Counted from the first letter of the stretch, positions 1 to 9,838 are shown. The stretch: 64,000 nt of DNA from Betaproteobacteria bacterium (GCA_003153475.1 PLYT01000045.1:16126-80125); one strand, 5' to 3'. Program-made: numbers and translations. The notes: generated from the letters alone by a model not told the origin.

Positions 1-418
1 GCTGGCGCCGCCGGGCAAGCACGTCGCGAGCCTATTCTGCCAGCACGCCAATCCGCTGTTGCCCGACGGCGTCTCGTGGGACGCCGCGAGGGAGGAGGTC
101 GCCGACCTGATGATCGCAACTGTAAATCGCCACGCGCCGAATTTCGCCGCCAGCGTGATTGGCCGCCGCGTGCTGTCGCCACTCGATCTCGAGCGCGAGT
201 TCAGCTTGATCGGCGGCGACATCTTCCACGGCGCGCTGTCGCTGGACCAGCTGTTTTCGGCGCGGCCGGTCCTCGGCTACGGGCACTATCGCGGACCGCT
301 GAAGCGCCTGTACATGTGTGGCGCCGGCACGCATCCCGGAGGTGGGGTGACCGGCGTGCCAGGACATAACGCCGCGCGCGAAATCCTGCGTGACCTGCGC
401 CGGCGGAGGCACGGTTGA
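1..418 (+). CDS. FAD-dependent oxidoreductase of the phytoene-desaturase (CrtI-like) family. C-terminal part only; the 5' end lies outside the window.
   Basis: Frame 2 is open from the window edge to the stop at 416-418. The translation LAPPGKHVASLFCQHANP...LIGGDIFHGALSLDQLF...MCGAGTHPGGGVTGVPGHNAAREIL resembles the conserved C-terminus of CrtI-like flavoproteins. Confidence 0.7.
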   Translation, partial: LAPPGKHVASLFCQHANPLLPDGVSWDAAREEVADLMIATVNRHAPNFAASVIGRRVLSPLDLEREFSLIGGDIFHGALSLDQLFSARPVLGYGHYRGPLKRLYMCGAGTHPGGGVTGVPGHNAAREILRDLRRRRHG

Positions 419-470
419 AGCGATCGACTCGGTGCCGGCCGGCATGCGATGGGCCGCCGGAAAAGGCGAC

Positions 471-491
471 GCCCCGCGAAACTCGCGGGGC
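471..491. terminator. GC-rich hairpin between the oxidoreductase gene and rnpB; possible terminator
   Basis: 8-bp perfect stem gccccgcg/cgcggggc with a 5-nt loop. On the minus strand it sits about 25 nt past the rnpB 3' end and is followed by gtcgcctttt. The U-tract is weak. Confidence 0.4.
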
Positions 492-513
492 GCCAGAGGT
501 GCTGCGCAATAAA

Positions 514-889
514 AGTCGAAGTCAGCCGATAAGCCGGGTTCTGTTACGGGGCGCGCCGAAACGCGTCCTATGACCATCATTCGTCTAGGCGCCGCGTTAC
601 CACGGCGCTCGAGCCACCTACCCGCGGACTCGGCGAGCAGCGTCATCGTCCGCTTACTTGGTGTTGCTCCGGATGGAGGTTGCCGCGTTTCACCCGCTCC
701 CGGCGCGGTTTGACCCGAACCGGGGGCGACTCGTCTCTGTGGCCCTGTTCCTCGCCTTCGTCGCCGCTCTCGCGAACGACTTATAACGTCTGGGCGTTAC
801 CCAGCATCCTGCTCTGCGGAGCCCGGACTTTCCTCTGCCAACTTCGGGCTTGCGCCTTAAGCGGACAGCGACGGTCTGGCCGACTTCGA
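514..889 (-). ncRNA. rnpB: RNase P RNA, bacterial type A
   Basis: The reverse complement reads GAAGTCGGCCAGACCGTCGC...GGCAGAGGAAAGTCCGGGCTCCGCAGAGCAGGATGCTGGGTAACGCCCAG...GTAACAGAACCCGGCTTATCGGCTGACTTC. Both P4 strands are present (GGAAAGTCCGGGCTCC and ACAGAACCCGGCTTA). P1 pairs GAAGTCGGCC with GGCTGACTTC. Ends are accurate to within a few nt. Confidence 0.9.
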
Positions 890-916
890 TGCTCAGTTTA
901 TCACGCAGCAATCGCG

Positions 917-1954
917 TTAGTCAGCGACGCGCCAGGAGAGCGCCTTACCCGCAAAGAGCGGCACGACCGTCTCGGCGCCGAACGGATAACTTGCCGGCAC
1001 CGTCCAGGACTCGCGCTTGAGCGTGATCGTGCCGGCATTACGCGGCAGCCCATAGAAGTCCGCGCCGTGGAAGCTCGCGAAGCCTTCGAGCCGGTCGAGC
1101 TTGCCGGCTGCATCGAACACCTGAGCGTAGAGCTCGATCGCGAGCGGGGCCGAAAAACACCCGGCGCAGCCGCAGGCGCTTTCCTTGGCGTGCCGCGCGT
1201 GCGGCGCCGAATCGGTGCCGAGGAAATACTTGGCATTACCGCCGGTCGCCGCGTCGACCAGCGCCTGTCGATGCGTTTCGCGCTTGAGCACCGGCAGGCA
1301 GTAGGCGTGCGGCCGCAACCCGCCGGCGAACAAGGCGTTGCGTGACCACAACAGATGCTGCGGCGTGATCGTTGCGCCGACGTGCGCCGGCGCGGCAGCG
1401 ACGAACTGGGCCGCTTCGCGCGTAGTAATGTGCTCGACGACGAGCTTCAGCGCCGGGAAGTCGTGCACGATGCGCGCCAGCACGCGTTCGACGCAGACTC
1501 TTTCGCGATCAAACACGTCGACGTCGGGGTCGGTGACTTCGCCGTGCACCAGCAGCGGCAGCCCGCACTTTTCCATCGCGGCGAGCGCCGGGTAGACGCG
1601 CGAGAGATCGGTAACCCCGGATGCCGAGTTGGTCGTCGCGCCGGCCGGGTAATATTTGATGCCGATGATGAAGCCGGCGGCGCGGGCGCACTCGATTTCG
1701 GCCGGGCTGGTGTCGTCGGTCAGATAAAGGGTCAAGAGCGGCGTGAAAGTCGATTTCGAGGGCAGCGACGCAACGACTCGATCGCGATAGGCTGCCGCCG
1801 CAGCGACCGTGGTGACCGGAGGATCGAGATTCGGCATCAGCACCGCGCGCGCGAAAACGCGGGCCGTCGCGCCGACGACCGATCGCATTGGCTCGCCGTC
1901 GCGCAGGTGGAGATGCCAGTCGTCGGGGCGGGTGATCGTCAGCATGTCAGGCAT
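917..1954 (-). CDS. pyrC: dihydroorotase (homodimeric type)
   Basis: 345-aa ORF. The N-terminus [14 protein letters not shown], and also PNLDPPV, LHGE and GTDSAPH, are PyrC metal-ligand motifs. Confidence 0.9.
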   Translation of the reverse strand: MPDMLTITRPDDWHLHLRDGEPMRSVVGATARVFARAVLMPNLDPPVTTVAAAAAYRDRVVASLPSKSTFTPLLTLYLTDDTSPAEIECARAAGFIIGIKYYPAGATTNSASGVTDLSRVYPALAAMEKCGLPLLVHGEVTDPDVDVFDRERVCVERVLARIVHDFPALKLVVEHITTREAAQFVAAAPAHVGATITPQHLLWSRNALFAGGLRPHAYCLPVLKRETHRQALVDAATGGNAKYFLGTDSAPHARHAKESACGCAGCFSAPLAIELYAQVFDAAGKLDRLEGFASFHGADFYGLPRNAGTITLKRESWTVPASYPFGAETVVPLFAGKALSWRVAD

Positions 1955-2204
1955 TGTTTTTCCATGCCATTATACGGGCTGTCCGGCCGCCCCCCGGCAG
2001 CCCGAAGCAAAGCGCGTTCGCCTTGGCTTGCAGCGGCCGGTTCGCGATATAATGGGCGGTTTAGTGCGGTGATCAACCGGGTTTTTGATGGCCCGGCAAG
2101 GTCCGCCGCTGGCCGGGCCCGGATGCGCATGCAGGTCGATGCGATGACGGGCCCATCGGGTAATGCGATTCGGTGCAGGCGGATATGGCGGGGAAGGTGG
2201 AAAC

Positions 2205-2642
2205 GTGGCGACAAAAAGCGTAGCGAAAAAGGTCAGGGTGCTGACCGAGCCAGATCTTCTCAAGGCGAGCGACAAGGAATACATGAGCGAGGAGCAGCTG
2301 GCGTTCTTCCGCCAGCGACTGCTCGAGCTTCGCGCGCAACTGCTCAACAATGCCGACGACACCGGCCAGCACCTGCGCGAGAACGAGGTGACGACCGATC
2401 CGTCGGATCGTGCCACGCTCGAAGAGGAATACACGCTCGAGCTGCGCACCCGCGATCGGGAGCGCAAGCTGCTCAAGAAAATAGAGAAGTCGCTGAAGAT
2501 GATCGACGACGGCACCTACGGCTTTTGCGAGGAAACCGGCGAACCGATCGGCATTCCGCGCCTTCTGGCCCGGCCGACGGCGACGCTTTCGCTCGAAGCG
2601 CAGGAGCGCCGCGAGCGCGTGCAAAAGCTCTACGGCGACTGA
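2205..2642 (+). CDS. dksA: RNA polymerase-binding transcription factor DksA (one-Cys variant)
   Basis: YMSEEQLAFFRQRLLELRAQLL, a coiled coil with DPSDRATLEEE, then YGFCEETGEPIGIPRLLARPTATL. The GTG at 2205 follows AAGGTGG and gives an MATKS... N-terminus like homologues. The track start at 2163 is probably too long. Confidence 0.85.
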   Translation: MATKSVAKKVRVLTEPDLLKASDKEYMSEEQLAFFRQRLLELRAQLLNNADDTGQHLRENEVTTDPSDRATLEEEYTLELRTRDRERKLLKKIEKSLKMIDDGTYGFCEETGEPIGIPRLLARPTATLSLEAQERRERVQKLYGD

Positions 2643-2658
2643 GCGCTCACCGCATGCC

Positions 2659-2690
2659 GGCGGCAGCGGGCAGTGCGCCCCGCTGCCGCC
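2659..2690. terminator. hairpin between convergent dksA and the downstream membrane-protein gene
   Basis: 11-bp stem ggcggcagcgg/ccgctgccgcc with a 10-nt loop and no U-tract. Its position between two convergent stops suggests a bidirectional terminator. Confidence 0.35.
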
Positions 2691-2735
2691 GCGATCGGGC
2701 ACCGGTCTGAAGAGTTGCGCGGCAGCCGGTAAATT

Positions 2736-3224
2736 CTACAAACCGAAGATCGCGCGGTGCGACCCTCCCGCCATAAAGAACAGCAGCGGGATCGATAGCG
2801 CCGTATTGGTGCGCGACGCCAGAAAAGCCACGCGTCTGGCTTTGTTCTTCTCCTCGTCGGTCGCGGGCTTCATCCCGAGTATTTTCTGTTGATTGGGCCA
2901 GATCAGCGCCCATACGTTGAACAGCATGATCGTGCCGAGCCACGCGCCGATGCCGATGCCGGCCATGCCGTGGCTCAGCGTGAACGCGTTGACGAACTGG
3001 TTGCCGAGCAGTGCGGCGCCCGCAAGCCAGGTCACGACGGCTGACCATCGGAAGAACAATAGCGCGCGCGGCGCGACATGCTTGGTGATGCCGGCGTTGG
3101 TGCCGTCGGCGGTTGCGGCCTTGAGCGCCGCGACCTGCACGAAGTTGAAATAATACAAAAGACCGATCCACATGACGCCGGCCATGAAGTGCAGCCATCT
3201 TGCGAGTGCGGGAACGTAATCCAT
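2736..3224 (-). CDS. integral membrane protein resembling the membrane domain annotated as urate hydroxylase PuuD; function uncertain
   Basis: 162-aa ORF taken from MDYVPALARWLHFMAGVMWIGLLYYFNFVQ, with four predicted hydrophobic helices. The ATG at 3224 was chosen over the track start at 3311. Confidence 0.6.
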   Translation of the reverse strand: MDYVPALARWLHFMAGVMWIGLLYYFNFVQVAALKAATADGTNAGITKHVAPRALLFFRWSAVVTWLAGAALLGNQFVNAFTLSHGMAGIGIGAWLGTIMLFNVWALIWPNQQKILGMKPATDEEKNKARRVAFLASRTNTALSIPLLFFMAGGSHRAIFGL

Positions 3225-3238
3225 CGTGGCCTCGCTTT

Positions 3239-3334
3239 TTAGAGTGGAATGCTTTTGACGACGTAGTAGAGGATTGCGGTCAGGACCAGCCCGCAGATGA
3301 TCGTGCCCCACAGCGAATCGAGCGGATTTTTCAT
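3239..3334 (-). CDS. small single-TM protein (31 aa), hypothetical
   Basis: Below the ORF-track cutoff. GGGAGA-N6-ATG precedes MKNPLDSLWGTIICGLVLTAILYYVVKSIPL*. The stop lies 14 nt upstream of the start of the next membrane-protein gene. Confidence 0.45.
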   Translation of the reverse strand: MKNPLDSLWGTIICGLVLTAILYYVVKSIPL

Positions 3335-3549
3335 TGTGTTTCTCCCATGGATGTGACCGGTCCGCCGGATGGTGAATCGAAGCGGCGGGCGGCCGGTGCG
3401 GAAACTTTAGCGCGTCGAAGCTGTCGTCTTGATTGTAGCAAGCGGCAGCGGATCAAGCCATCTTGATCGTGCCGGGCGGGCGGTCGGCGCAAAGGAGGTT
3501 CGGATCGCTCCAGTCTTGTACCGTTTACGAACAATCGAAAGGCTACTCC

Positions 3550-4191
3550 ATGGCACGACCTTACACACTTCCCCCATTGCCGTACGCCGAAGACGCGTTG
3601 GCGCCGGTCATTTCGTCGCAGACGCTCGGCTTTCACCACGGCAAGCATCACAAGACTTATGTCGAAACGCTTAACAAGCTGGTCGCCGGCACCGAATTCG
3701 AGGGGCAACCGCTCGAAGCCATCATCGCGGCCACCGCCGGCAACGCGAGCTCGACGGCAATATTCAACAACGCGGCGCAAAGCTGGAACCATGCGTTCTA
3801 CTGGCAATGCATGAAGGCGAAAGGCGGCGGCAAACCGCAGGGCGCGATTGCTGCCCGCATCGATGCGGCCTTCGGCAGCTACGACGATTTCAAGAAGGCA
3901 TTTGCCGAAGCCGCAGTGACGCAATTCGGCAGCGGTTGGGCCTGGCTGGTCGTCGAGAACGATTCGCTCAAGGTCGTCAAGACCGGCAACGCCGAAGTTC
4001 CCTTCACCAAGGGAATGACGCCGCTGCTGACGATCGACGTCTGGGAGCACGCTTACTACCTCGACTATCAGAACCGGCGCGCAGATCATGTCAATGCCGT
4101 GATCGACAAACTGCTCAATTGGCAATTCGCCGCGGACAATCTCGCCAACGTCGGCTCAGTCAAGGGATCACAAGCCGCAATGGCACACTGA
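3550..4191 (+). CDS. sodB: Fe superoxide dismutase
   Basis: [22 protein letters not shown]...FHHGKHH...[11 protein letters not shown]...[15 protein letters not shown] are classic Fe/Mn-SOD motifs. Start taken at the ATG at 3550. Confidence 0.92.
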   Translation: MARPYTLPPLPYAEDALAPVISSQTLGFHHGKHHKTYVETLNKLVAGTEFEGQPLEAIIAATAGNASSTAIFNNAAQSWNHAFYWQCMKAKGGGKPQGAIAARIDAAFGSYDDFKKAFAEAAVTQFGSGWAWLVVENDSLKVVKTGNAEVPFTKGMTPLLTIDVWEHAYYLDYQNRRADHVNAVIDKLLNWQFAADNLANVGSVKGSQAAMAH

Positions 4192-4300
4192 TCCGCTGTC
4201 GTTGTACGCCCTTGCCGTCCGGGGGCGCCCGCTTGTTGGCGGGTGGCGATCGGCCCATAATCGAAGCCTTTCGGTCACCCGGCGCACGTCCCGGACTGCG

Positions 4301-5575
4301 ATGGCGTTTAATCTATTTCCCAAATCCCCCGTCAAGGGCAAAGCGGCCGATGCGAAGCCCCGACCCGAGCCGGGGGCGCGCCCCGACCCGCGTTCCCCGC
4401 CCGGGTCCGCGCGGGAGCTCGCGGCGACGATGAAGGTCCGGCCGTCCGCGCCGTCGCGCGGCGCGGTCCGTCCGTCCGCGGTCGAGAGCGAACGCGAGAT
4501 CACCGTCACTGGGCCGCCGAGCCTGATCGAGTGGACTCCGGCGCTCAATCAGAAGATCCAGGTCGCCGAAGCGAACCCGGGCCTGTGCGCAGTGCTCGAG
4601 AATGCGGCGCTGTTGTACGCCAACGGGCAAGCCGCCCAGGCCCGCCTCGTGCTCGAGGACGGCATCGCCAACGACGACGACGCCAAGATCTCACCGCTGG
4701 CCTGGCTCGCGCTGTTCGATTTGCTGCAGCGCTCGGGCGACCACGCCGAGTACGACCGTCTGTCGTTGCAATATGTGGTCGCCTTCGAGCGCTCGGCGCC
4801 GTCGCGCGAGGAGCTGGGCAATCAGGCGCGGCAGGGTGCGCGTCCGGTCGCCGCCGGCTATGTCGGCCTGACCGGCAAGCTGAACGCCGGCCATGCGCCG
4901 CAGATCGCGAATCTGCTCGCGGCGTCGCAAAAGCAGCCGCAGCTCCGTCTCGACCTGGGCTCGCTCACCGGCGCCGACAACGCGGGCGCGAAGCTCCTGG
5001 CCGATGCTCTGGCGCAGTTGCGCAAGCGCTGCTACCCGCTCGCGCTGCAACATCCGGAAAAGATCCGCAACGCACTCGAACATTCGGTCGTGCAGGGTCG
5101 CGCCGCCGGAGAAGGCTACTGGATTCTATTGCTCGAACTGCTGCAGTGGCAGAACGATCACAAGGTATTCGAGGACCGCGCGGTGGAATTCGCCGTCGCG
5201 TTCGAGGTGTCGCCGCCGTCGTGGGAGCCACCGCCGTCGTCGCTTCCCGTAGACGCCGAGGGCGATCCGCCTGCGCTGGCCGGCGCGGCATCCGACAATC
5301 CGGAAATGCTGGTGTGGCAGGGGACGCTCGCCGGTTCGTCGGATCCGCAGCTCGCCAAGCTCGCGATGTTCGGGGAAGGACGCCATGCGATACCGATCGA
5401 CATGGGCGGGGTGGAGCGCATCGATTTCGTCTGTGCAGGAGCGCTGTTCAACGCCATCAGCCGTGCCGAATCGCAGCGCAAGTCGATTCAGATCGTCGGC
5501 GCGTCGCCGATCATCAGGGCGCTGCTGCTGCTGATCGGCATCTCGCCTCGGCATTTCATCAAGAAGGCGACGTAG
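4301..5575 (+). CDS. hypothetical protein with an internally duplicated helical + STAS-like module
   Basis: 424 aa from MAFNLFPK. There are two copies of a motif ([33 protein letters not shown] and [33 protein letters not shown]). Each copy is followed by an anti-sigma-antagonist-like segment, for example [23 protein letters not shown]...[19 protein letters not shown]. Confidence 0.6.
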   Translation: MAFNLFPKSPVKGKAADAKPRPEPGARPDPRSPPGSARELAATMKVRPSAPSRGAVRPSAVESEREITVTGPPSLIEWTPALNQKIQVAEANPGLCAVLENAALLYANGQAAQARLVLEDGIANDDDAKISPLAWLALFDLLQRSGDHAEYDRLSLQYVVAFERSAPSREELGNQARQGARPVAAGYVGLTGKLNAGHAPQIANLLAASQKQPQLRLDLGSLTGADNAGAKLLADALAQLRKRCYPLALQHPEKIRNALEHSVVQGRAAGEGYWILLLELLQWQNDHKVFEDRAVEFAVAFEVSPPSWEPPPSSLPVDAEGDPPALAGAASDNPEMLVWQGTLAGSSDPQLAKLAMFGEGRHAIPIDMGGVERIDFVCAGALFNAISRAESQRKSIQIVGASPIIRALLLLIGISPRHFIKKAT

Positions 5576-5658
5576 ACAGCGGATCTCGCCGGTCACGTCG
5601 AGCCCGGTGCGCCGCGCCGGCGCTAAAATCCGGCGCACCAATTGCGCAGCATTTGACC

Positions 5659-6195
5659 ATGGACCTCTTTCACGGCACGACGATTCTCTCCGTGCGCCGC
5701 GGCGCGCGGGTTGCGCTCGGCGGCGACGGTCAGGTCACGCTCGGCAACGTCGTCATCAAGGCGACGGCGCGCAAGGTTCGCCGCATCTTCAACGATCGCG
5801 TGCTTGCCGGTTTTGCCGGCGCGACGGCAGACGCCTTCACCTTATTCGAGCGCTTCGAAGCCAAGCTCGACAAGCACCAGGGACAGCTTCAGCGCGCGGC
5901 AGTCGAGCTGGCGAAGGACTGGCGCTCCGATCGCATCCTGCGCCGGCTCGAGGCGATGCTGGCGGTGGCCGACGCGACGTCCTCGCTGGTGATCACCGGC
6001 ACCGGCGACGTGCTCGAGCCCGAGTACGGCATCGTTGCGATCGGTTCCGGCGGCCCGTACGCGCAAGCCGCCGCGCGAGCGCTGCTCGAGCATACCGAGC
6101 TCCCGGCCGACGACATCGTCAAGCAGGCGCTGACGATCGCTGGCGACATCTGCATCTACACCAACCAGAATCACGTGATCGAGGTGCTCGGTTGA
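5659..6195 (+). CDS. hslV: ATP-dependent protease subunit HslV
   Basis: [15 protein letters not shown]...GDGQVTLGN...[18 protein letters not shown]...[15 protein letters not shown]...GDICIYTN. The catalytic Thr follows a 6-residue beta-type propeptide. Confidence 0.92.
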   Translation: MDLFHGTTILSVRRGARVALGGDGQVTLGNVVIKATARKVRRIFNDRVLAGFAGATADAFTLFERFEAKLDKHQGQLQRAAVELAKDWRSDRILRRLEAMLAVADATSSLVITGTGDVLEPEYGIVAIGSGGPYAQAAARALLEHTELPADDIVKQALTIAGDICIYTNQNHVIEVLG

Positions 6196-7388
6196 GCGCG
6201 GATGCCGGCACGCGCGACGTGATCATCGTCGGCGCCGGGCTGGTGGGTCTGGCGCTGGCGGCAGCGCTGGCGCGTGCCGGCTTGCGCGTCACGATCGCCG
6301 ATCGCGGCAATGTGGCAACTTCGGCAGCGGCGCGCGATGCCGGCGGCGAAGACTGGGATCAGCGGGTCTACGCGATCAGTCCGGGCAGTGCCTGTTTCCT
6401 GCACAGCCTCGGCGCGTGGCAGCTGCTGCCGGTCGAACGCATCGAGCCGATCGAAGCGATGGACGTGCGCGGTGATGCCGGCGGCAGGATCGAATTCTCC
6501 GCCTATGAGCTTGGCGAGCGCGCGCTGGCGTGGATCGTCGAGAACCGCGCGCTCAACACTGCGTTGGTTCGGGTGGCGCGCAACGCGCCGGGCCTCGACG
6601 TTGTTGCACCGTGCACGCCTGCGTCGATCGCCTGGCGTGCCGGCGCGGCCGAATTGCGTCTCGATGACGGACGAACGATATCGGCCCGGCTGATCGTCGG
6701 AGCCGACGGCGTGCATTCATGGACGCGAGCCGAGGCCGGCATGCGCAGCGTCCCGCGCGGCTATGGCCAATCCGGCGTCGTCGCCAACTTCGCTATCGAG
6801 CGCGCGCATCGCGGTCGCGCTCTGCAGTGGTTTCTTCCCGATGGCAGCGTGCTGGCGTGGTTGCCCTTGCCCGGCCGTCGCATCTCGATCGTCTGGTCGG
6901 CACCGTCGGCGCTTGCCGCCGAGCTGACGGCGCTGGACGCGGCGCGACTCGCCGCGCGCGTTGGCGAAGCCGGCGGCCACGAGCTGGGCGCGCTGACCGC
7001 GATCACACCGGCGGCAGCGTTCGAGCTTTCGTTCCTGAAACTGCCATCGGTCGTCGGCGACAGGCTTGCGCTGGTCGGCGATGCCGCGCATGGCGTACAT
7101 CCGCTCGCGGGCCAGGGGGTGAACCTCGGCTTCGGCGACGCCGCGGCGCTCGCGGCCATACTCGGTGCGCGCGGCCCCGTCGCCGATGCCGGCGCCGCGA
7201 TTCTTCTCGAGCGCTATGCGCGCCGTCGCGCGGGCCCGGTGCTCGCGATGCAAGCGGTCACCGATGGACTGGTCCGGCTGTTCGACGTGCGCGCTTCGTG
7301 GCTGCGCGTGCTGCGCAACCGGGGCATGCGCGCCGTCGGCGCCGTCGGTCCGCTGAAGAGGCTGCTGGCACAGCCCGCGCTACGGTAA
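6192..7388 (+). CDS. UbiH/UbiF/VisC/COQ6-family FAD-dependent ubiquinone-biosynthesis hydroxylase
   Basis: [18 protein letters not shown] Rossmann motif, [10 protein letters not shown], and [22 protein letters not shown]. The TTG start overlaps the hslV stop (TTGA). The exact start is uncertain. Confidence 0.8.
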   Translation: MSADAGTRDVIIVGAGLVGLALAAALARAGLRVTIADRGNVATSAAARDAGGEDWDQRVYAISPGSACFLHSLGAWQLLPVERIEPIEAMDVRGDAGGRIEFSAYELGERALAWIVENRALNTALVRVARNAPGLDVVAPCTPASIAWRAGAAELRLDDGRTISARLIVGADGVHSWTRAEAGMRSVPRGYGQSGVVANFAIERAHRGRALQWFLPDGSVLAWLPLPGRRISIVWSAPSALAAELTALDAARLAARVGEAGGHELGALTAITPAAAFELSFLKLPSVVGDRLALVGDAAHGVHPLAGQGVNLGFGDAAALAAILGARGPVADAGAAILLERYARRRAGPVLAMQAVTDGLVRLFDVRASWLRVLRNRGMRAVGAVGPLKRLLAQPALR

Positions 7389-7412
7389 ACTGCTCGGTCA
7401 AAGGAGTAGCTC

Positions 7413-8204
7413 ATGCGATTTTTAAAGTACCTGGCCGCGGCTGCGGCCTGCGCGCTGCTTGGCGCACATCCCGCGTCGGCGCAGGCGCCGGACGCCGCGG
7501 CGCAGTCCGACGCCACGACGCCCGAGCTCGCGGCCGTCAAGCAGCTGATCGAGGCCAAGTTTCCCGGCGCCCCGGTCAGCAACGTCGCGCGCTCGCCCTA
7601 TTTCGGCCTGTACGAAGCGCAGTTCGACGACCGGATGATCTATACCGATGCCAAAGTCACTTACGTGATGGTGGGCTCGATTTTCGACGCGGACACCAAG
7701 CAGAATCTGACCGATGCGCGGTTGCGCCAGCTCAACCGCGTCGCCTGGGATCAACTGCCGCTCGATCTCGCGATCAAGAAGGTGAAGGGCAATGGCGCTC
7801 GGAGGCTGGCGATCTTTTCCGATGCCGATTGCCCGTACTGCAAGCGTCTGGAATCCGAGATGAAGACGCTCGACAACGTGACCATCTACACCTTCCTGTT
7901 CCCGATCACTCAACTTCATCCCGACTCCGCGCGCAAGTCCGCGCTGATCTGGTGCGCGCCGGACAGGACCAAGGCCTGGGACGACTGGTTTGCGTCGGGC
8001 AAGCTTCCGAACAACAAGGGCGACTGCGCGACGCCGATCGCGAAGACCGCGTTGCTCGGCCAGAAGTACCGCGTCAGCGCGACGCCGACGCTGGTGTTTG
8101 CTGACGGCACGATGGTGCCGGGTGCGCTGCCGCTGGATCAGCTCGAGTCCGAGCTCAAGCAGGCCGAGGCAGCGACCAAGAACCAGGCGGCAGCCAAGCG
8201 TTAG
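7413..8204 (+). CDS. dsbC: periplasmic thiol:disulfide interchange protein, DsbC/DsbG family
   Basis: Signal peptide MRFLKYLAAAAACALLGAHPASAQA, an N-terminal dimerisation region, the thioredoxin CPYC motif (FSDADCPYCKRLE) and a VSATPTLVF cis-Pro loop. Confidence 0.85.
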   Translation: MRFLKYLAAAAACALLGAHPASAQAPDAAAQSDATTPELAAVKQLIEAKFPGAPVSNVARSPYFGLYEAQFDDRMIYTDAKVTYVMVGSIFDADTKQNLTDARLRQLNRVAWDQLPLDLAIKKVKGNGARRLAIFSDADCPYCKRLESEMKTLDNVTIYTFLFPITQLHPDSARKSALIWCAPDRTKAWDDWFASGKLPNNKGDCATPIAKTALLGQKYRVSATPTLVFADGTMVPGALPLDQLESELKQAEAATKNQAAAKR

Positions 8205-8238
8205 CGGCGGCGATACGCCTCAAGGCAGTGGAGACGAT

Positions 8239-9315
8239 ATGGCGCTGATGGATTTCATCAAGAAACAGTTCATCGACATCATCGAATGGAGCGACGATTC
8301 GCGCGACACGCTGTCGTATCGCTTTCCGGACGAGGACAAGGAAATCAAGCGCGGCGCCCAGCTGATCGTTCGCGAATCGCAGGTCGCGCAATTCATCTAT
8401 CTCGGCCAGTTCGGCGACACCTTCGGTCCGGGCAAGTATGCGCTGACCACCGACAACATCCCGGTGCTGAGCGATCTCAAAGGATGGAAGTACGGGTTCG
8501 AATCGCCGTTCAAGGCCGACGTCTACTATGTCGTCACGCGGCTTTTCACCGGCAACAAATGGGGCACGGCCAACCCGGTGATGATGCGCGATCAGGATTT
8601 CGGCATCGTCCGCCTGCGCGCGTTCGGCATCTACGATTTCCACATCACCGATCCGAAGCTGTTCCTGAAGGAAGTCGCGGGCACCGATGATCACTTTCGA
8701 CTCGACGAATTCAGCGACACGATGCGCTCGCGCATCGTCAGCGTCTTCTCCGAGGCGCTCGCGCAGTCGAAGATTCCGGCACTCGACGTTGCGTCTCGCT
8801 ACGGCGAGCTCGGCACCGCGCTGCTGCCCTTGATCAATCCGCAGACCACCGCCAAATATGGCCTTGAGATCACCAGCTTCGTAGTCGAAAACGTTTCGGT
8901 GCCCCCCGAAGTCGAGCAGGCGATCGACAAGCGCTCGAGCATGGCCGCGGTCGGCAGCCTGAATGACTATGTGAAGTTTCAGATGGCGCAAGGCCTCGAG
9001 AAGGGCAATGGCGGACCCGGCGGGATGGCGGCCGAAATGGCGGTAGGCATGGCGATGGCGCAGCAGATGATGAACCAGTCAGGAGGAATCATGGGACCGC
9101 AGGCGACGCCGGCGGTTGCCGCAACAGTCCCGGGCAGCGCAGCGACCGCCAACGCCGAGCCGCAATTGCTCACGCCGACGCAGGTCGCGCAACTCCTCGG
9201 CGTGGCCGAGTCCGACGTCGTATCCAGCCTCGAAAAGGGCGATCTGAAGGGCAAGCAGATCGGCACCCAGTGGCGCGTCACGCGCGCCGCAGTCGATCAG
9301 TTCCTGCATTCCTGA
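8239..9315 (+). CDS. SPFH/band-7 domain protein (COG4260-like) with a C-terminal excisionase-type helix-turn-helix
   Basis: MALMDFIKKQFIDIIEW...LIVRESQVAQFI...FGIYDFHITDP is typical of the YdjI-like SPFH family. A Gly/Met/Ala-rich linker follows, and then LLTPTQVAQLLGVAESDVVSSLEKGDLKGKQIGTQWRVTRAAVDQFL. Confidence 0.75.
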   Translation: MALMDFIKKQFIDIIEWSDDSRDTLSYRFPDEDKEIKRGAQLIVRESQVAQFIYLGQFGDTFGPGKYALTTDNIPVLSDLKGWKYGFESPFKADVYYVVTRLFTGNKWGTANPVMMRDQDFGIVRLRAFGIYDFHITDPKLFLKEVAGTDDHFRLDEFSDTMRSRIVSVFSEALAQSKIPALDVASRYGELGTALLPLINPQTTAKYGLEITSFVVENVSVPPEVEQAIDKRSSMAAVGSLNDYVKFQMAQGLEKGNGGPGGMAAEMAVGMAMAQQMMNQSGGIMGPQATPAVAATVPGSAATANAEPQLLTPTQVAQLLGVAESDVVSSLEKGDLKGKQIGTQWRVTRAAVDQFLHS

Positions 9316-9344
9316 TCATTTTTTGCAAAGCGAGGCAAGATCCC

Positions 9345-9785
9345 ATGGCAGCGACCCGAGGTGATTGGCGCGCCCTGCACGCGGGATTGGCGCTCGCTGC
9401 GGCCCTTTGCTATGCGGGCCAGCTCGCCGCGCAGGATCCGCGCGCGAGCCTAGTGCAGGAGACCGCGCGGGCGTGGCTCGCAAATACCGACCGCGGCGAT
9501 GCCGCAGCAAGCTGGAAGGCCGCCGGCAAGCAGTTCCGCAACGCGATTACCGTCGAGCGCTGGACGCAATCGCTCAACCAGGTGCGTCCACCGCTCGGGG
9601 CCGTTTCGCAGCGCGCGCTGCTGAAGACGCAGTTCCGGAAGAGCTTCCCCGGCGCGCCCGACGGCGAGTATGCGGTCGTCGTCTTTCGCACGACCTTCGC
9701 CAAGAAGTCCGACGCGAGCGAAACGGTGACGCTCGAGCACGAACCCGACGACGCGTGGCGCGTGATCGGATACTTCGTCCAATGA
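9345..9785 (+). CDS. secreted DUF4019-like protein
   Basis: Signal-like N-terminus [21 protein letters not shown], then AWLANTDRGDAAASWKAAGKQFRNAITVERW...DAWRVIGYFV, an NTF2-like pattern recalled for DUF4019. Confidence 0.55.
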   Translation: MAATRGDWRALHAGLALAAALCYAGQLAAQDPRASLVQETARAWLANTDRGDAAASWKAAGKQFRNAITVERWTQSLNQVRPPLGAVSQRALLKTQFRKSFPGAPDGEYAVVVFRTTFAKKSDASETVTLEHEPDDAWRVIGYFVQ

Positions 9786-9838
9786 CATGATCGCGGCGAG
9801 CGTGATCGTCGGGGGACTGGTGAGCCGGTCAGCCGCCC

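Noticed and set aside
680-1345. Track ORFs 680-1345 (+), 690-911 (-) and 32-646 (-), which overlap 420-900
   Set aside because: They lie over the RNase P RNA gene and its flanks, have no RBS or family resemblance, and show Arg/Ala/Pro-rich composition typical of wrong-frame translation of GC-rich DNA.
2048-2053. TATAAT hexamer about 150 nt upstream of dksA, as its promoter
   Set aside because: No acceptable -35 hexamer at 16-18 nt spacing (TTGCAG is at 14 nt, TTGGCT at 19 nt). It cannot be supported from sequence alone.
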